A stretch of 64,000 nt of DNA from Alphaproteobacteria bacterium (GTDB lineage Bacteria; Pseudomonadota; Alphaproteobacteria; GCA-2746255): contig OZ252220.1 in assembly GCA_965249135.1 (NCBI GenBank), positions 1-64,000 on the forward strand, given 5' to 3'. The notes below the pieces were generated by a model that saw only the letters and a list, made by a program, of their open reading frames with translations, did no database searches and was not told the origin of the DNA. Positions 17,771 through 27,294 of this stretch are shown here, in pieces (within the stretch, counting starts at the first letter, position 1; each line of letters begins with the position of its first letter). The position numbers and the translations under genes are program-made.

Positions 17771-19555
17771 GTGAAGCTTGAACCCATACGGCTCCCCGAC
17801 ACGATCACGGTGCCGCGAACAGACCCGATCTATAATTGCCACTCCTATCTGACGAAGGTGCCGATCGGCGCTATCCAGCCGTTCATCGAGACGTTCACGA
17901 AGCCGAGCGAGGTGGTGGTGGACTTCTTCGCCGGTTCCGGGATGACGGGCCTTGCCGCGTTGACGTTGAACAGGCGCGCGCGGCTCAGCGATATCTCGGT
18001 ACTCGGTAAGCATATCGCGACGGGCTACCTGACGGATGCGCCAGCGCAAGATGTACGCGCCGCGGCGGACCGGGTGATAGCGGCGGCCCGAAAGGCCATT
18101 GGAACGCTATATATGACAAAGCGCGCTTCGGATGGGGCGAAAGCAGAGTTGATCCGGACTATTTGGTCGTTCACCTATCTGTGCCCATCTTGCGGGGATG
18201 AGATGGTGTTTTATGAGGCCCTGAGCGCCCGAGGGGGCGTGCCGCAACGATGTCCGTCCTGTGGCGGTCCGTTTGCGCGTCGCAGCTGGCCGCGCGGCGC
18301 GGACGTACCAGTCGAGGTCGTCGTTCAGGGGGAAAACGGCAGGCAAGTGGGGCAGTGCGTGTGCGAAACCGACCGGCGCAGGATGCGCGCGGCCCTGAAG
18401 GACGAGCGCTTGCGCGAGGTGCCGTCACTGTCGATCTCGGAGGACCGCGAGATGTACAGCCGCTCCGGTCTCGGGAGATCTGGTATGACAGAAACCAGAA
18501 AATTCTTTTCGCCGCGCAACGGAATCGCCTTGGTGGAGCTGTGGCGCGCGATCAATGACGTTGAAGACGAAGCGATACGGCAGGAACTGCGTTTCGCCTT
18601 CACGGCCATCCTGCCCCGCGCCTCGATGCGCTATCAGTGGAGCTCGAAGCGGCCTCTGAATGCGCAGAATCAGACCTATTACATCGCGCCGGTATATTTC
18701 GAGTGGAACGTCCTTGATCTGTACGGCCGCAAGGTCAATGCCGTTATCCGGGCGAATGAGGCTCTGTATAACAGTAGCGATTCATTCAGCGCTGATAGGC
18801 TGCGGGATGTGAGCTACGAGATCGCGTCAGCAGAAATGCTGGCTCATCTGGATGACGGTTCGGTCGATTATGTGTTCACCGATCCGCCGTTCGGCAGCAA
18901 CATATTTTACTCCGATATGAACATGTTCCATGAAGCGTGGCTGGGCGAGAGTACAGACCATGAACGCGAGGCCGTCGTGCATACGACGGGCAAAAGAAAG
19001 AATGGGTCCAGCGAGCGCTATGAGAAGTTGCTCCGAAGCGCCTTTTCCGAGGCGTTCAGGGTGTTGAAGCCGGGCAAATATATGTCGGTTGTGTTTGGGA
19101 ACAGCAGCGGCCGGATATGGGGCTTGGTGCAGCGGGCTTTGCGTGACGCCGGGTTCAAGGTGTCGCCGGTACATGTGGCGATCCTGGACAAGGGGCAGCG
19201 CTCGGTGAAGGGGCTGAATTCAGGGTCGGAAGGTGTCGTCACGGTCGATTTGATCGTGACAGTGAAGAAGCCTGCGAAAGGCGAGGGAACGGGCGGGGCC
19301 GCGACACACGCGAACGGAAATACGGATGCGCTGATCAAGACGGCAATCGACGAGCTGTCGGCGGACGACGCGCGCAATCCGAGCCATGTCTATGCGCGGA
19401 TTCTGCGCAAAGCCATTCAGAAGGGGTTGGTGCTGGACGACCTTCATCTGGGTGATGTGCTGATCGCCCTGCGGAACGCGGGGTACCGCGTTGACCGAAA
19501 AACGGGTCTTCTATACGGCGATGCCGCTAGCTCAGCCGCGCTTCGCGGAGCTTGA
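17771..19555 (+). CDS. Amino (N6A/N4C) DNA methyltransferase with zinc-ribbon insert
   Basis: Motif I DFFAGSG near N-terminus, CPSC..CPSC, motif IV FTDPPF, FRVLKPG. Confidence 0.9.
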   Translation: MKLEPIRLPDTITVPRTDPIYNCHSYLTKVPIGAIQPFIETFTKPSEVVVDFFAGSGMTGLAALTLNRRARLSDISVLGKHIATGYLTDAPAQDVRAAADRVIAAARKAIGTLYMTKRASDGAKAELIRTIWSFTYLCPSCGDEMVFYEALSARGGVPQRCPSCGGPFARRSWPRGADVPVEVVVQGENGRQVGQCVCETDRRRMRAALKDERLREVPSLSISEDREMYSRSGLGRSGMTETRKFFSPRNGIALVELWRAINDVEDEAIRQELRFAFTAILPRASMRYQWSSKRPLNAQNQTYYIAPVYFEWNVLDLYGRKVNAVIRANEALYNSSDSFSADRLRDVSYEIASAEMLAHLDDGSVDYVFTDPPFGSNIFYSDMNMFHEAWLGESTDHEREAVVHTTGKRKNGSSERYEKLLRSAFSEAFRVLKPGKYMSVVFGNSSGRIWGLVQRALRDAGFKVSPVHVAILDKGQRSVKGLNSGSEGVVTVDLIVTVKKPAKGEGTGGAATHANGNTDALIKTAIDELSADDARNPSHVYARILRKAIQKGLVLDDLHLGDVLIALRNAGYRVDRKTGLLYGDAASSAALRGA

Positions 19556-19773
19556 TCAGTTCCTCGGACCCAATGACCTCGACGGAAAGTTTGTCGAGCC
19601 TATGGCCCTTGATGCGAAACCGAGGCCGCGTGCCCATCTTAGGGTCGCGAATGTCTCTGGTGGAATGGAAGGCTGATTCGTTCGTTTGGTTGCCTCTGGC
19701 GGATTTGAAGAAACGGATCAGACGTCTGAGGGAGGGGTTGAGCAGGAAATGGGTAAGCTGATGGTAAAGAGCG

Positions 19774-22158
19774 ATGAGTGACGTATCGGTAATGGGTGGC
19801 GAAGCAGGAGCGGCAGCAGCTCCGGGGAAAGTAGCTGTGTCGGCGGTGCCGCACGAGCTGAGCAAGGTCAAATACGTCCAGAACATCGGGCGGTTTGAAA
19901 AATGCCAGTCAGTCACCGACGCGACGTTCGGTCCGTGCACGTTGGTTTTCGGGGAAAACGGCTGGGGTAAGTCAACGCTGGCCGACCTGCTGCGCTCGCT
20001 AACCACGGACGATCCCGACATCGTGATCGGCCGGAGAACCCTCGCGGGCGGGCCCGTGCAAAAAGCGGTCGTGTGCTTCGGGGATCAGCAGGCTGTTTTC
20101 GAGAACGAGGCCTGGTCGGGGATTAGGCCGCGCATCGCTGTGTATGACAGCGTGTTCGTCAACGAGAACGTGTTTTCAGGTGATGTCGTCACCAATGAGC
20201 ACCTAAAAAATCAGTATGGCATGGTAGTCGGGGAGGAAGGCGTGCGCCGCGTGCGGCGGATTGTGGAGCTGGACAACCAAAACCGCGAGAACAACAACCA
20301 GTTGCGGGTCGTCGAGGCGGAGCTGGACGGTATCGTGCGGGATGTCGGACCGGAAGGGATGACGCGCAAAGAGTTTCTGGCCCTCGAAGTAATTCCCGAT
20401 GTCGATGCGAAGATCATGGCCATGGAAAGGCAAGTGCAGCGGGCAAGCCGCACGAAGGAGTTAAAGGGTGCAGGCGAGCCGCGGGGTTTACCTGTTCCGA
20501 CGGAAACCGAGGAATTCAGGAAAAGCGTGCACAGCACAATCGAGGGCATCGCGGAAGCGGCGGCTAGTGCTGTCCGGGAGCATATCGCGAAACACGAGGA
20601 AAAAGGTCGCGGCGACGCGATGACGCACGAAAGCTGGCTGGAAGCCGGGATGACCTTTGTCGACGTGGCGGAGTGCACGTTTTGCGGTCAGCCTCTTGAC
20701 GATCGCACGCTCCTTGATTCCTATGCGGAGTTTTTCAGCGACGCCTACACGGCGCTGGCCGCTGATGTGAAGACGAAACGCGACACGTTTGCGCGGTACG
20801 AGAATGGGGAGTATCGCGACCAGGCCACGGAAATCGTCGGGCAAAACGAGACGCTGTACGCTTACTGGAAAGAGGCGGGACAAATCGAGCCGCCGAAGCT
20901 TGAAGGCGTCGAGGCGACGGTCGAGGGTATGGAAGTCGCTGCGCGGCTGCTCAATTCTGTGTTCCTTGAGAAACAAGGAAATCTGACGGAAGCGGCCACG
21001 GGCGGGGACGTGGAGGCCGCGATCACGGCTTGGGACGGGGGCCGCAAGGCGATTGTCCGACTGAACGGCATCGTTGAGGCTCATGTTGCGAAAATCAAGG
21101 CGGTCAAGGAGTCGGTTGACGAGACCGAGCTACCGCGGCTCGAAAAAGAATTGAAGACACTGCAGGCTGCGAATCGGCGGCATGAGGATGAGACTGTCGT
21201 CGTGATTGAAAAACTTGTGGGGCACGACGCAACGAAAATGTGCATCGCGAAAGAGAAGGCCGACGAGAAAAAGGAACTCAACGAGCACGGCCGTGTGATC
21301 ACGGAAACGCTCGGGAAGACAATTAACTCGTATCTCGGCCGCCTGAACGCGGGCTTCAAGATCGACTACCGGGAACCGAACTACCAGGGCAAGGAACCCG
21401 CCGCGAGCTATCAGATTCTGATCAACGACGTACCGGTGTCTCCGCGCAGCACGTCCGAAAATCCTGCCGAGGCGAGCTTCCGGAATACGCTGAGTGCGGG
21501 GGACAAATCGACTCTGGCGCTGGCACTGTTCCTGGCGAAGCTAAACGCTGATTCGGCATTGGGCGAGACGATCGTGGTGCTGGATGATCCGTTCACGAGC
21601 CTCGATAACTTCCGGCGGCAATTCACGGCAATCGAGATCAGGAAGCTGTGCGGCGCGGCCGCGCAGACGGTCGTGCTGTCGCACGAAAAGTACTTCCTGC
21701 GGCTACTGTGGGACAAAATCGATCAGAGCACGATTAAGTGCGTTGCAATACAGTCGGGCGCCCCCGGCATGATGACGATTGCGCCGTACGACATCGAATC
21801 GGAGACGCGGCCACGTCATATCACTGAACGCATGGAGATCGAGGAATTTGTCGAGGGTGAGCCGAAGAAGACAGCGTACATCAAGACGCGGCTTCGGACG
21901 GTCTGTGAAGACTTTTACCGGCGCGGGGACCCGGGGCGGTTCCACGAGGCCGCCAGCCTCAATGAAATCATCAGGCTCCTTAAAGAGGCGCCTGAGGAAC
22001 ATCCGTACAAGGGCGTCATCGAGGACCTGCGTGGTATCAACGAATACTCGCGCGGCGAACATCACGCCGAGGTCGAGGACGACCCGAGCGGTGAATCCTC
22101 GGACGAGGAATTGAAGGGCTTTTGCCGCCGGGTTCTGGAACTGACGCGTGGCATGTAA
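19774..22158 (+). CDS. RloC-like (AAA_13, Rad50-type) ATPase with zinc hook and HEPN-like C-terminus
   Basis: GENGWGKST Walker A, coiled coil with CTFC, LSAGD signature, LDDPFTSLD Walker B, LSH switch, C-terminal INEYSRGEHH. Confidence 0.75.
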   Translation: MSDVSVMGGEAGAAAAPGKVAVSAVPHELSKVKYVQNIGRFEKCQSVTDATFGPCTLVFGENGWGKSTLADLLRSLTTDDPDIVIGRRTLAGGPVQKAVVCFGDQQAVFENEAWSGIRPRIAVYDSVFVNENVFSGDVVTNEHLKNQYGMVVGEEGVRRVRRIVELDNQNRENNNQLRVVEAELDGIVRDVGPEGMTRKEFLALEVIPDVDAKIMAMERQVQRASRTKELKGAGEPRGLPVPTETEEFRKSVHSTIEGIAEAAASAVREHIAKHEEKGRGDAMTHESWLEAGMTFVDVAECTFCGQPLDDRTLLDSYAEFFSDAYTALAADVKTKRDTFARYENGEYRDQATEIVGQNETLYAYWKEAGQIEPPKLEGVEATVEGMEVAARLLNSVFLEKQGNLTEAATGGDVEAAITAWDGGRKAIVRLNGIVEAHVAKIKAVKESVDETELPRLEKELKTLQAANRRHEDETVVVIEKLVGHDATKMCIAKEKADEKKELNEHGRVITETLGKTINSYLGRLNAGFKIDYREPNYQGKEPAASYQILINDVPVSPRSTSENPAEASFRNTLSAGDKSTLALALFLAKLNADSALGETIVVLDDPFTSLDNFRRQFTAIEIRKLCGAAAQTVVLSHEKYFLRLLWDKIDQSTIKCVAIQSGAPGMMTIAPYDIESETRPRHITERMEIEEFVEGEPKKTAYIKTRLRTVCEDFYRRGDPGRFHEAASLNEIIRLLKEAPEEHPYKGVIEDLRGINEYSRGEHHAEVEDDPSGESSDEELKGFCRRVLELTRGM

Positions 22159-22320
22159 AGGGAAAGGCGGAGCTCCGAGCTAGAAATATTCTCGTTGCGA
22201 AGCGAAGTGCGAAAACTGCGTGTGTATCAAGGCATGGATGACTGGGGCCGGACTTCGACGAGATGGGAAGTCTTCGAGAGCAAAGAGCCGGATGCGACTA
22301 CCGTGGGTCGAAAGCGCTGA

Positions 22321-22446
22321 GATCCGGTCGACGAGGAACAGGACACGGGTGACGATGGCGACCTCGAACAGCCGCTTGATGAAGGCCGCTGCCGTGCGGA
22401 TCTTGCCGGTCGCCGTCGCCATCTCGACCAGCAGCTTGCGCTGCCC
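22321..22446 (-). pseudogene. hsdR: Short internal relic of type I restriction subunit HsdR
   Basis: RKLLVEMATATGKIRTA..VTRVLFLVDRI (degenerate MATGTGKT helicase motif I and motif Ia). Confidence 0.7.
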
Positions 22447-23125
22447 CCACGATACTTCGCCGGGCAGCGCCCCGATACAGTCTCTACGATGCGGATAAGC
22501 GGAGCATGTGCGGCGGCGTTTGTGCGCTGCGGTATTGGTCCCGACTCCGATGCGCGATCTGTGAAGAATGCCGCCGGCCGCTTGCGCCGCGCGTTGTTAC
22601 CTCATATTGCCGGGACGACAACGCGAAACACATACAGAGATCGCGGGCCGGGCGTCTCGCTCAATCGCCGCGACGGCTGCAACCCCTTGCGGCGCTGGCG
22701 TTTCAAACCGGTAACGGTCTGGAGGACAACTCTGCCCCTCTCGACTCCCGTAGGAGTTCAGTTTCTCACACCCGCCGCAGCACGCTGCAACCCCTGCCAC
22801 GCTATGGACTGGCTGCGGCGGAATACGCTGGCGGCGCCCGCGGTTGCCGGAGATGTCGTGGTAAAGGTGCAACCATTTTGCGACGCTGCCGTATGCTCTG
22901 AGCATACATCCATTGTTTTCAATGTGTTGGGGGTCACACGAATCAGGGACACAGAGACGCCGTGGGGGCTCGTTGTCCCCCGAGCTTGCAAAATGCACGC
23001 GCGCTGAGCTACGCCCAGCGATGAGAGCATACGCCGCGTGCGACATTCAGTGCCACGACGGGGCTGCGCTGCGCCATGTTCGCGTGGCCGGAAGCGGGGC
23101 GGGAACCGGCGCCGAGCGTTTCGAT

Positions 23126-23165
23126 TTCCGGCCGCGACCGGCGGGTTCCGGCCGCGACCGGCGGG
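23126..23165. repeat. Perfect 20-bp tandem duplication
   Basis: ttccggccgcgaccggcggg x2. Confidence 0.9.
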
Positions 23166-23259
23166 ATTGCAGGCCCGATCCTGTCAGGATTTCGACGGGA
23201 TTGCGTCCGGTTTCGGTGCAGTGTCGTCGGGGGAGCGGGCGCGGCAGGGGCGTGGACCG

Positions 23260-26196
23260 CTACATCCCGAGGTCCATATCGACCGATTTCTGCTTCGGTT
23301 CCGGGGCGATCTCGGGTCCGGTTTGGTGCGCTGCCTCGTTCGACCGATCGGCTTCGTGCTCGGCCTGGCGCACGGGGTCGCCTACATCGCGCCCCTCGCG
23401 CTCCCGGACCTTGTCCGGTTCGAGCGTCTTTTCCTCCCCGATCTCGATGCCCAGCGTCACGTACTTCTTCGCCGCATCGAGCGCGCTGACCCGCTCGCCG
23501 GTGGCCTTTTCGAGATGATCGGCGAGCAGTTTTGCATCGTCGGTGACCAGCTCCGCGCCGTCGCGCGCGCGGCTGATCGCCACGTAGAAGGCCTTCCGCG
23601 TCGTCAAGTGCGGATGGCTCGATTCCATGGCGGCGATGATGTTGTCCACGGTCCGGCCCTGGAAGGCGTGAACAGTGGACGCCCAGCCGTGATCAAGGTG
23701 GCGGAGTTGGGGGTCGCCTTCGGCGAGCTTGAGCGTCTTTCCGTCGTCGAGACGGAACCGTACGCCGTCCTTCTCGACGGATTCCACTGCGGCCATCTGC
23801 CCATTGACGAGACCGGAGCCGGGATCGTTGCGCGTCCAGCGGATGCGGTCGCCGGCGCGGAGTTCCATCGCCTCGCTCCGGTAGACCTCGACCCCGCCCT
23901 TGGCGCCCGCGAGCAGGTACGGCCTCCAATCGACGGTGCGTCCCTTTTTGTCCGCGAGACGAACGGTGCCCTCTTTGTGATCGACCTCCGAGACCGTGCG
24001 CTCGTCGCCCTTCTCGACCCCCAGGGTCTTGTAGGGACGGTTGAAGATCACCGTGTCGCCCGACGCGCAGTTCGACCGGACCGCCATTTCGGCGTTGGTC
24101 ATCCCCCGCGAGACGAGCTTTTCGCCGTCCCTGGCCGGGCCATGGATCGCGCCTTCCTCGATCAACTGCCCACGAATTACCACGTTGATCTCATCGCGAA
24201 GCGCACGCGTCGGCGCGATCACTCCGGTTCTATTCCGTTCCGCGTGCGGGAGTTCCAACCAGCGCATCGCGACATCAATGCCGAGAGCTTCCCTCTCGAC
24301 TTCGGAGACGCGGTCGCCCAGCTTCTCGAAGGCCGTCCCGATCTCGCCCCGGAGGCCGGCGCGGACGGCCTCTTTCAGGTCTACATCACGCTGGCGCACG
24401 ATCTCGTCCATTACGACCGTCTGCATGCCGGCCTGCTTCAATTGGGCGAACGGCCTGCCGGCTTCCACCCCGTCGAGCTGCTTCTCGTCGCCCACCAGGA
24501 CCACGCGAGGGACACGAAGCGTCGTCGCGATCCTCAGCAGGTCGCGCATCTGCGCGGTGGAGGCAAGGGAGGCTTCGTCCACCACCAGGAGGGTCTTCCG
24601 GAAGGAGGACCGGAGGTTCCGCAAGCCCTTGGCACTCCCCCGCCCTTCGGCGATGCCGGCATGGCGGGCGAGGAAGCGTTGCAGGGTCTGGCTCTCAATT
24701 CCGGACTCTTCGCCAAGCGTGCGCGCCGCCGAGGCCGAGGGCGCAAGGCCCATCACCCGGCAGTCGCGGCGTTCGGCGAGGCTTCGTACCCGATTCAGCA
24801 TCGTCGTCTTGCCGGTCCCAGCATAGCCCTGGATGCCGATCACCCGGTCTTTGGTCGCCAGGATGGCTTTGGCCGCTTCCTTCTGGCCCTCGGTCAACCG
24901 GCCCCGGTGGAACTTGGTCTCCGCGATCCAGCGACGCATTACGGTCCGCTCCGCACCCTGGCCGCCCCGCATCAAGGCGATGGTCTCGGATTCACGCGCG
25001 ATCGCCGCGTCCGCGGTCCAGCCCCGTCCCTGGCTCAGACCCTTCGCGGCGTGGAGACGGCCTTCCGCCGCCATGCGCTCGATCGCCCGTTCCGCCGCCT
25101 CGACGGAGACCGCGCCCGGATCGCGGCCGAGCGCGGCGGCCAGAAGATCGGCATGAGAGAATACCGTCTGGCGCTCGCTCAGATGCTCCACCGCCCAGGA
25201 CGCCGTCTCGGCCGCGACATAGTTCCGGCTTGAGAACAGATTGGCTTGAACGGAGCCACGTTGCGGTTCGGCCTCGCGTGCCTTGGCATCCCGGGCAACC
25301 GCTTCGGCCGAGAACCCCAGCTCCGCCGCCTGGCGCGACCAGGACCGCGCCAGCTCGCCCTTGTCCACGTCCCGCTTGGCCGCCCGCGTCATCAGCGCGG
25401 CGCGGTCCGCGAGCCTCGGGTTGTCCCCCGGCGTCCCGAGCTCGCGCTCCCGCATCGCCGCCTCGATCTCCGTGCGTCGGGTCGAGAACGCCTCGATCAC
25501 CTTCCGGGGCACGCCGGCGATCTCGAACCGTCCGTCCTGGTGCGTCTTCTCGATCCGGTAGCCGAGCCCTTTGAGGGACCGTGCCAACTCGGCACGGTAG
25601 ACTGCGCCGATGGTCATCTTCCCGCCATAGAGGCCATCGTCCACCATGGTTCGCCATTTGCCGTCCTCGCTCTGGACCATGTTTGCGATCACGCAGTGCG
25701 TATGAAGCTGCGGATCGAGATTGCGGGAGGTGTTGTGGCGGAAAGTTGCGACGACCATCTTCTGGCCGCCGGCGCGCACCATGCTCCCGGTGGCCTTGTC
25801 CTGCATCCGGGTCTCTACGGCGTTCTTCTCGATCCAGGTGAGCGTGCGTGATACTGACGCGTCGTGGGCGGCGATCACCCGATCGTCGCCGCCCACGAGC
25901 GCGGCGAGCGAGACCGACTTCGGTGCCGAGAGCGTGACATCGCGGCCGGGACGGTGATGGATGGTCCCGTCCTTGCCTCGCTTCCCGAGCTGCGGTCCGT
26001 CCGGCACCTTGCCTTCAAGGATCGCCCGGAAGGTATCGGGATCGACCGGACCCAACAGACCGAGCGCTTCAGCACCCTTGCCCGCCCAGGCGCTCGCGGC
26101 CTTGTGCGCCGGGTCGTCCTTGGCATAGTAGCCGTCCCGCTCGAAGTAGCTGACGCCCTGCGCAGGCGAGGCAATCTTGCCGATCGAGACTACCAT
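23260..26196 (-). CDS. MobF (TrwC/TraI-like) relaxase-helicase
   Basis: YFERDGYY tyrosines, HNTSRNLDPQLHTH HUH motif, GYAGTGKTT, DEAS, ASTVHAFQGRT, FYVAISRAR. Confidence 0.95.
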   Translation of the reverse strand: MVVSIGKIASPAQGVSYFERDGYYAKDDPAHKAASAWAGKGAEALGLLGPVDPDTFRAILEGKVPDGPQLGKRGKDGTIHHRPGRDVTLSAPKSVSLAALVGGDDRVIAAHDASVSRTLTWIEKNAVETRMQDKATGSMVRAGGQKMVVATFRHNTSRNLDPQLHTHCVIANMVQSEDGKWRTMVDDGLYGGKMTIGAVYRAELARSLKGLGYRIEKTHQDGRFEIAGVPRKVIEAFSTRRTEIEAAMRERELGTPGDNPRLADRAALMTRAAKRDVDKGELARSWSRQAAELGFSAEAVARDAKAREAEPQRGSVQANLFSSRNYVAAETASWAVEHLSERQTVFSHADLLAAALGRDPGAVSVEAAERAIERMAAEGRLHAAKGLSQGRGWTADAAIARESETIALMRGGQGAERTVMRRWIAETKFHRGRLTEGQKEAAKAILATKDRVIGIQGYAGTGKTTMLNRVRSLAERRDCRVMGLAPSASAARTLGEESGIESQTLQRFLARHAGIAEGRGSAKGLRNLRSSFRKTLLVVDEASLASTAQMRDLLRIATTLRVPRVVLVGDEKQLDGVEAGRPFAQLKQAGMQTVVMDEIVRQRDVDLKEAVRAGLRGEIGTAFEKLGDRVSEVEREALGIDVAMRWLELPHAERNRTGVIAPTRALRDEINVVIRGQLIEEGAIHGPARDGEKLVSRGMTNAEMAVRSNCASGDTVIFNRPYKTLGVEKGDERTVSEVDHKEGTVRLADKKGRTVDWRPYLLAGAKGGVEVYRSEAMELRAGDRIRWTRNDPGSGLVNGQMAAVESVEKDGVRFRLDDGKTLKLAEGDPQLRHLDHGWASTVHAFQGRTVDNIIAAMESSHPHLTTRKAFYVAISRARDGAELVTDDAKLLADHLEKATGERVSALDAAKKYVTLGIEIGEEKTLEPDKVREREGRDVGDPVRQAEHEADRSNEAAHQTGPEIAPEPKQKSVDMDLGM

Positions 26197-26317
26197 ATCG
26201 GCCGTTCCCGAATCGTCTTGCGTTCATGTTCGTTACACTCAACTATGAGCTGAGCAATTAGGGTTAGTGAACATGCCCGGCACTGGATGGATCCGAAACG
26301 CTCACAACACGACAAGT

Positions 26318-26967
26318 TCAGCCCTGAGAGACGATAGAACGGATTTCTTGCATTCTTGAGCGTAGGGCGCTCTTGTCTTCCTCCGGCATATGCCTGAACG
26401 GCCAATGATCGTCCAGAATCGAACACAGAACATCAATGGTATCGCCAATTGTTTCCTCTATAAATTCCAGTTCGATACTCCACCCCTCGGACTGAAATGA
26501 GAAAATTTGTTGCGGAGATTGTGCAAACGTTTGAATGATTTCCTCTGCTTTTCAGTAATCGATATAATTCCACCGCATCCATTGTCGATCCGCAACGACG
26601 GACAGCTTAGCCTCTTGAATAGCTCGTCAGCGTTGGCGACGAATTCCCCGGGGGGCTGATCTTCCTTTTTCCCGATACGCTTGATCGGGTCACCGAATTC
26701 GTCAACGCCCTTTATCCATGTGATTTCACCGCGGCGGTCTCTCTCATGCCATTCGAGCCACTTCGCAGCGCACTTCTTAGTTGGTGCACCCAGTTGGGCC
26801 GTCCCGGACAAGTGACAGACCATTGCGCCTTGCAAAGCGCTATGGAACGACAGAACAACCCACTTCCAAGCACGATCTGATTGTCGGGCTTGAATCAAGC
26901 TCAGTGCGCAATGTTCCAGAGATGCCAATACATCCTGACACTCATCAGTGCGTGCGTATCTTGACAT
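26318..26967 (-). pseudogene. HEPN-motif protein with one frameshift (~26484)
   Basis: LRNKFSHF Rx4H motif; restoring one base in the G-run continues WSIELEFIEE..IRSIVSQG*. Confidence 0.55.
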
Positions 26968-27191
26968 TTTCAAAAATTCTCCCGCTAATCCGCCAATCGG
27001 CGCGTTAAACGAGGACCACCAGTCAGGCTAATAGGGTAACCGCGAATCCGCCTCAATCCTAGCCGATGAGTTCTTGGCTAGTGAAAGGCGCAAAGGTCGT
27101 CTCCCGGTGTCAGATCGGCGTCACAAGGAAATGTCGGTCTCGGCCATTGCGTGCCCCCGCAACCAAATCATCAAGAAAATCAGTAAGATAC

Positions 27192-27218
27192 AGGCTCACC
27201 CTTGGGCGGGCTTTTTTT
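27192..27218 (+). terminator. Imperfect intrinsic terminator after the att site
   Basis: aggctcacccttgggcgggc followed by 7 T. Confidence 0.5.
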
Positions 27219-27294
27219 GTGGCGATGGCGTATTCTTAAACCTCACGGCGGCCTGACCGCCGGATAAACATGACCGATACGAGGGAGGAAACCG

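Larger units (their letters stand above)
13794..27165. mobile_element. Integrative mobilizable element (large serine recombinase + MobF relaxase, defence cargo)
   Basis: 12-bp direct repeat CCCCCGCAACCA at 13794-13805 and 27154-27165; 12-bp inverted arms at 13808-13819 and 27130-27141; recombinase at one end, relaxase near the other; no mating-pair genes. Confidence 0.9.

Noticed and set aside
19527-20021. Minus-strand 164-aa ORF
   Set aside because: Half is antisense to the ATPase; the intergenic part reads protein-like but has no recognisable motif or good start
22489-23046. Overlapping 90-172 aa ORFs
   Set aside because: No motifs, atypical composition; more likely a non-coding transfer-origin region
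23038-25233. 731-aa plus-strand ORF
   Set aside because: Antisense shadow of the relaxase
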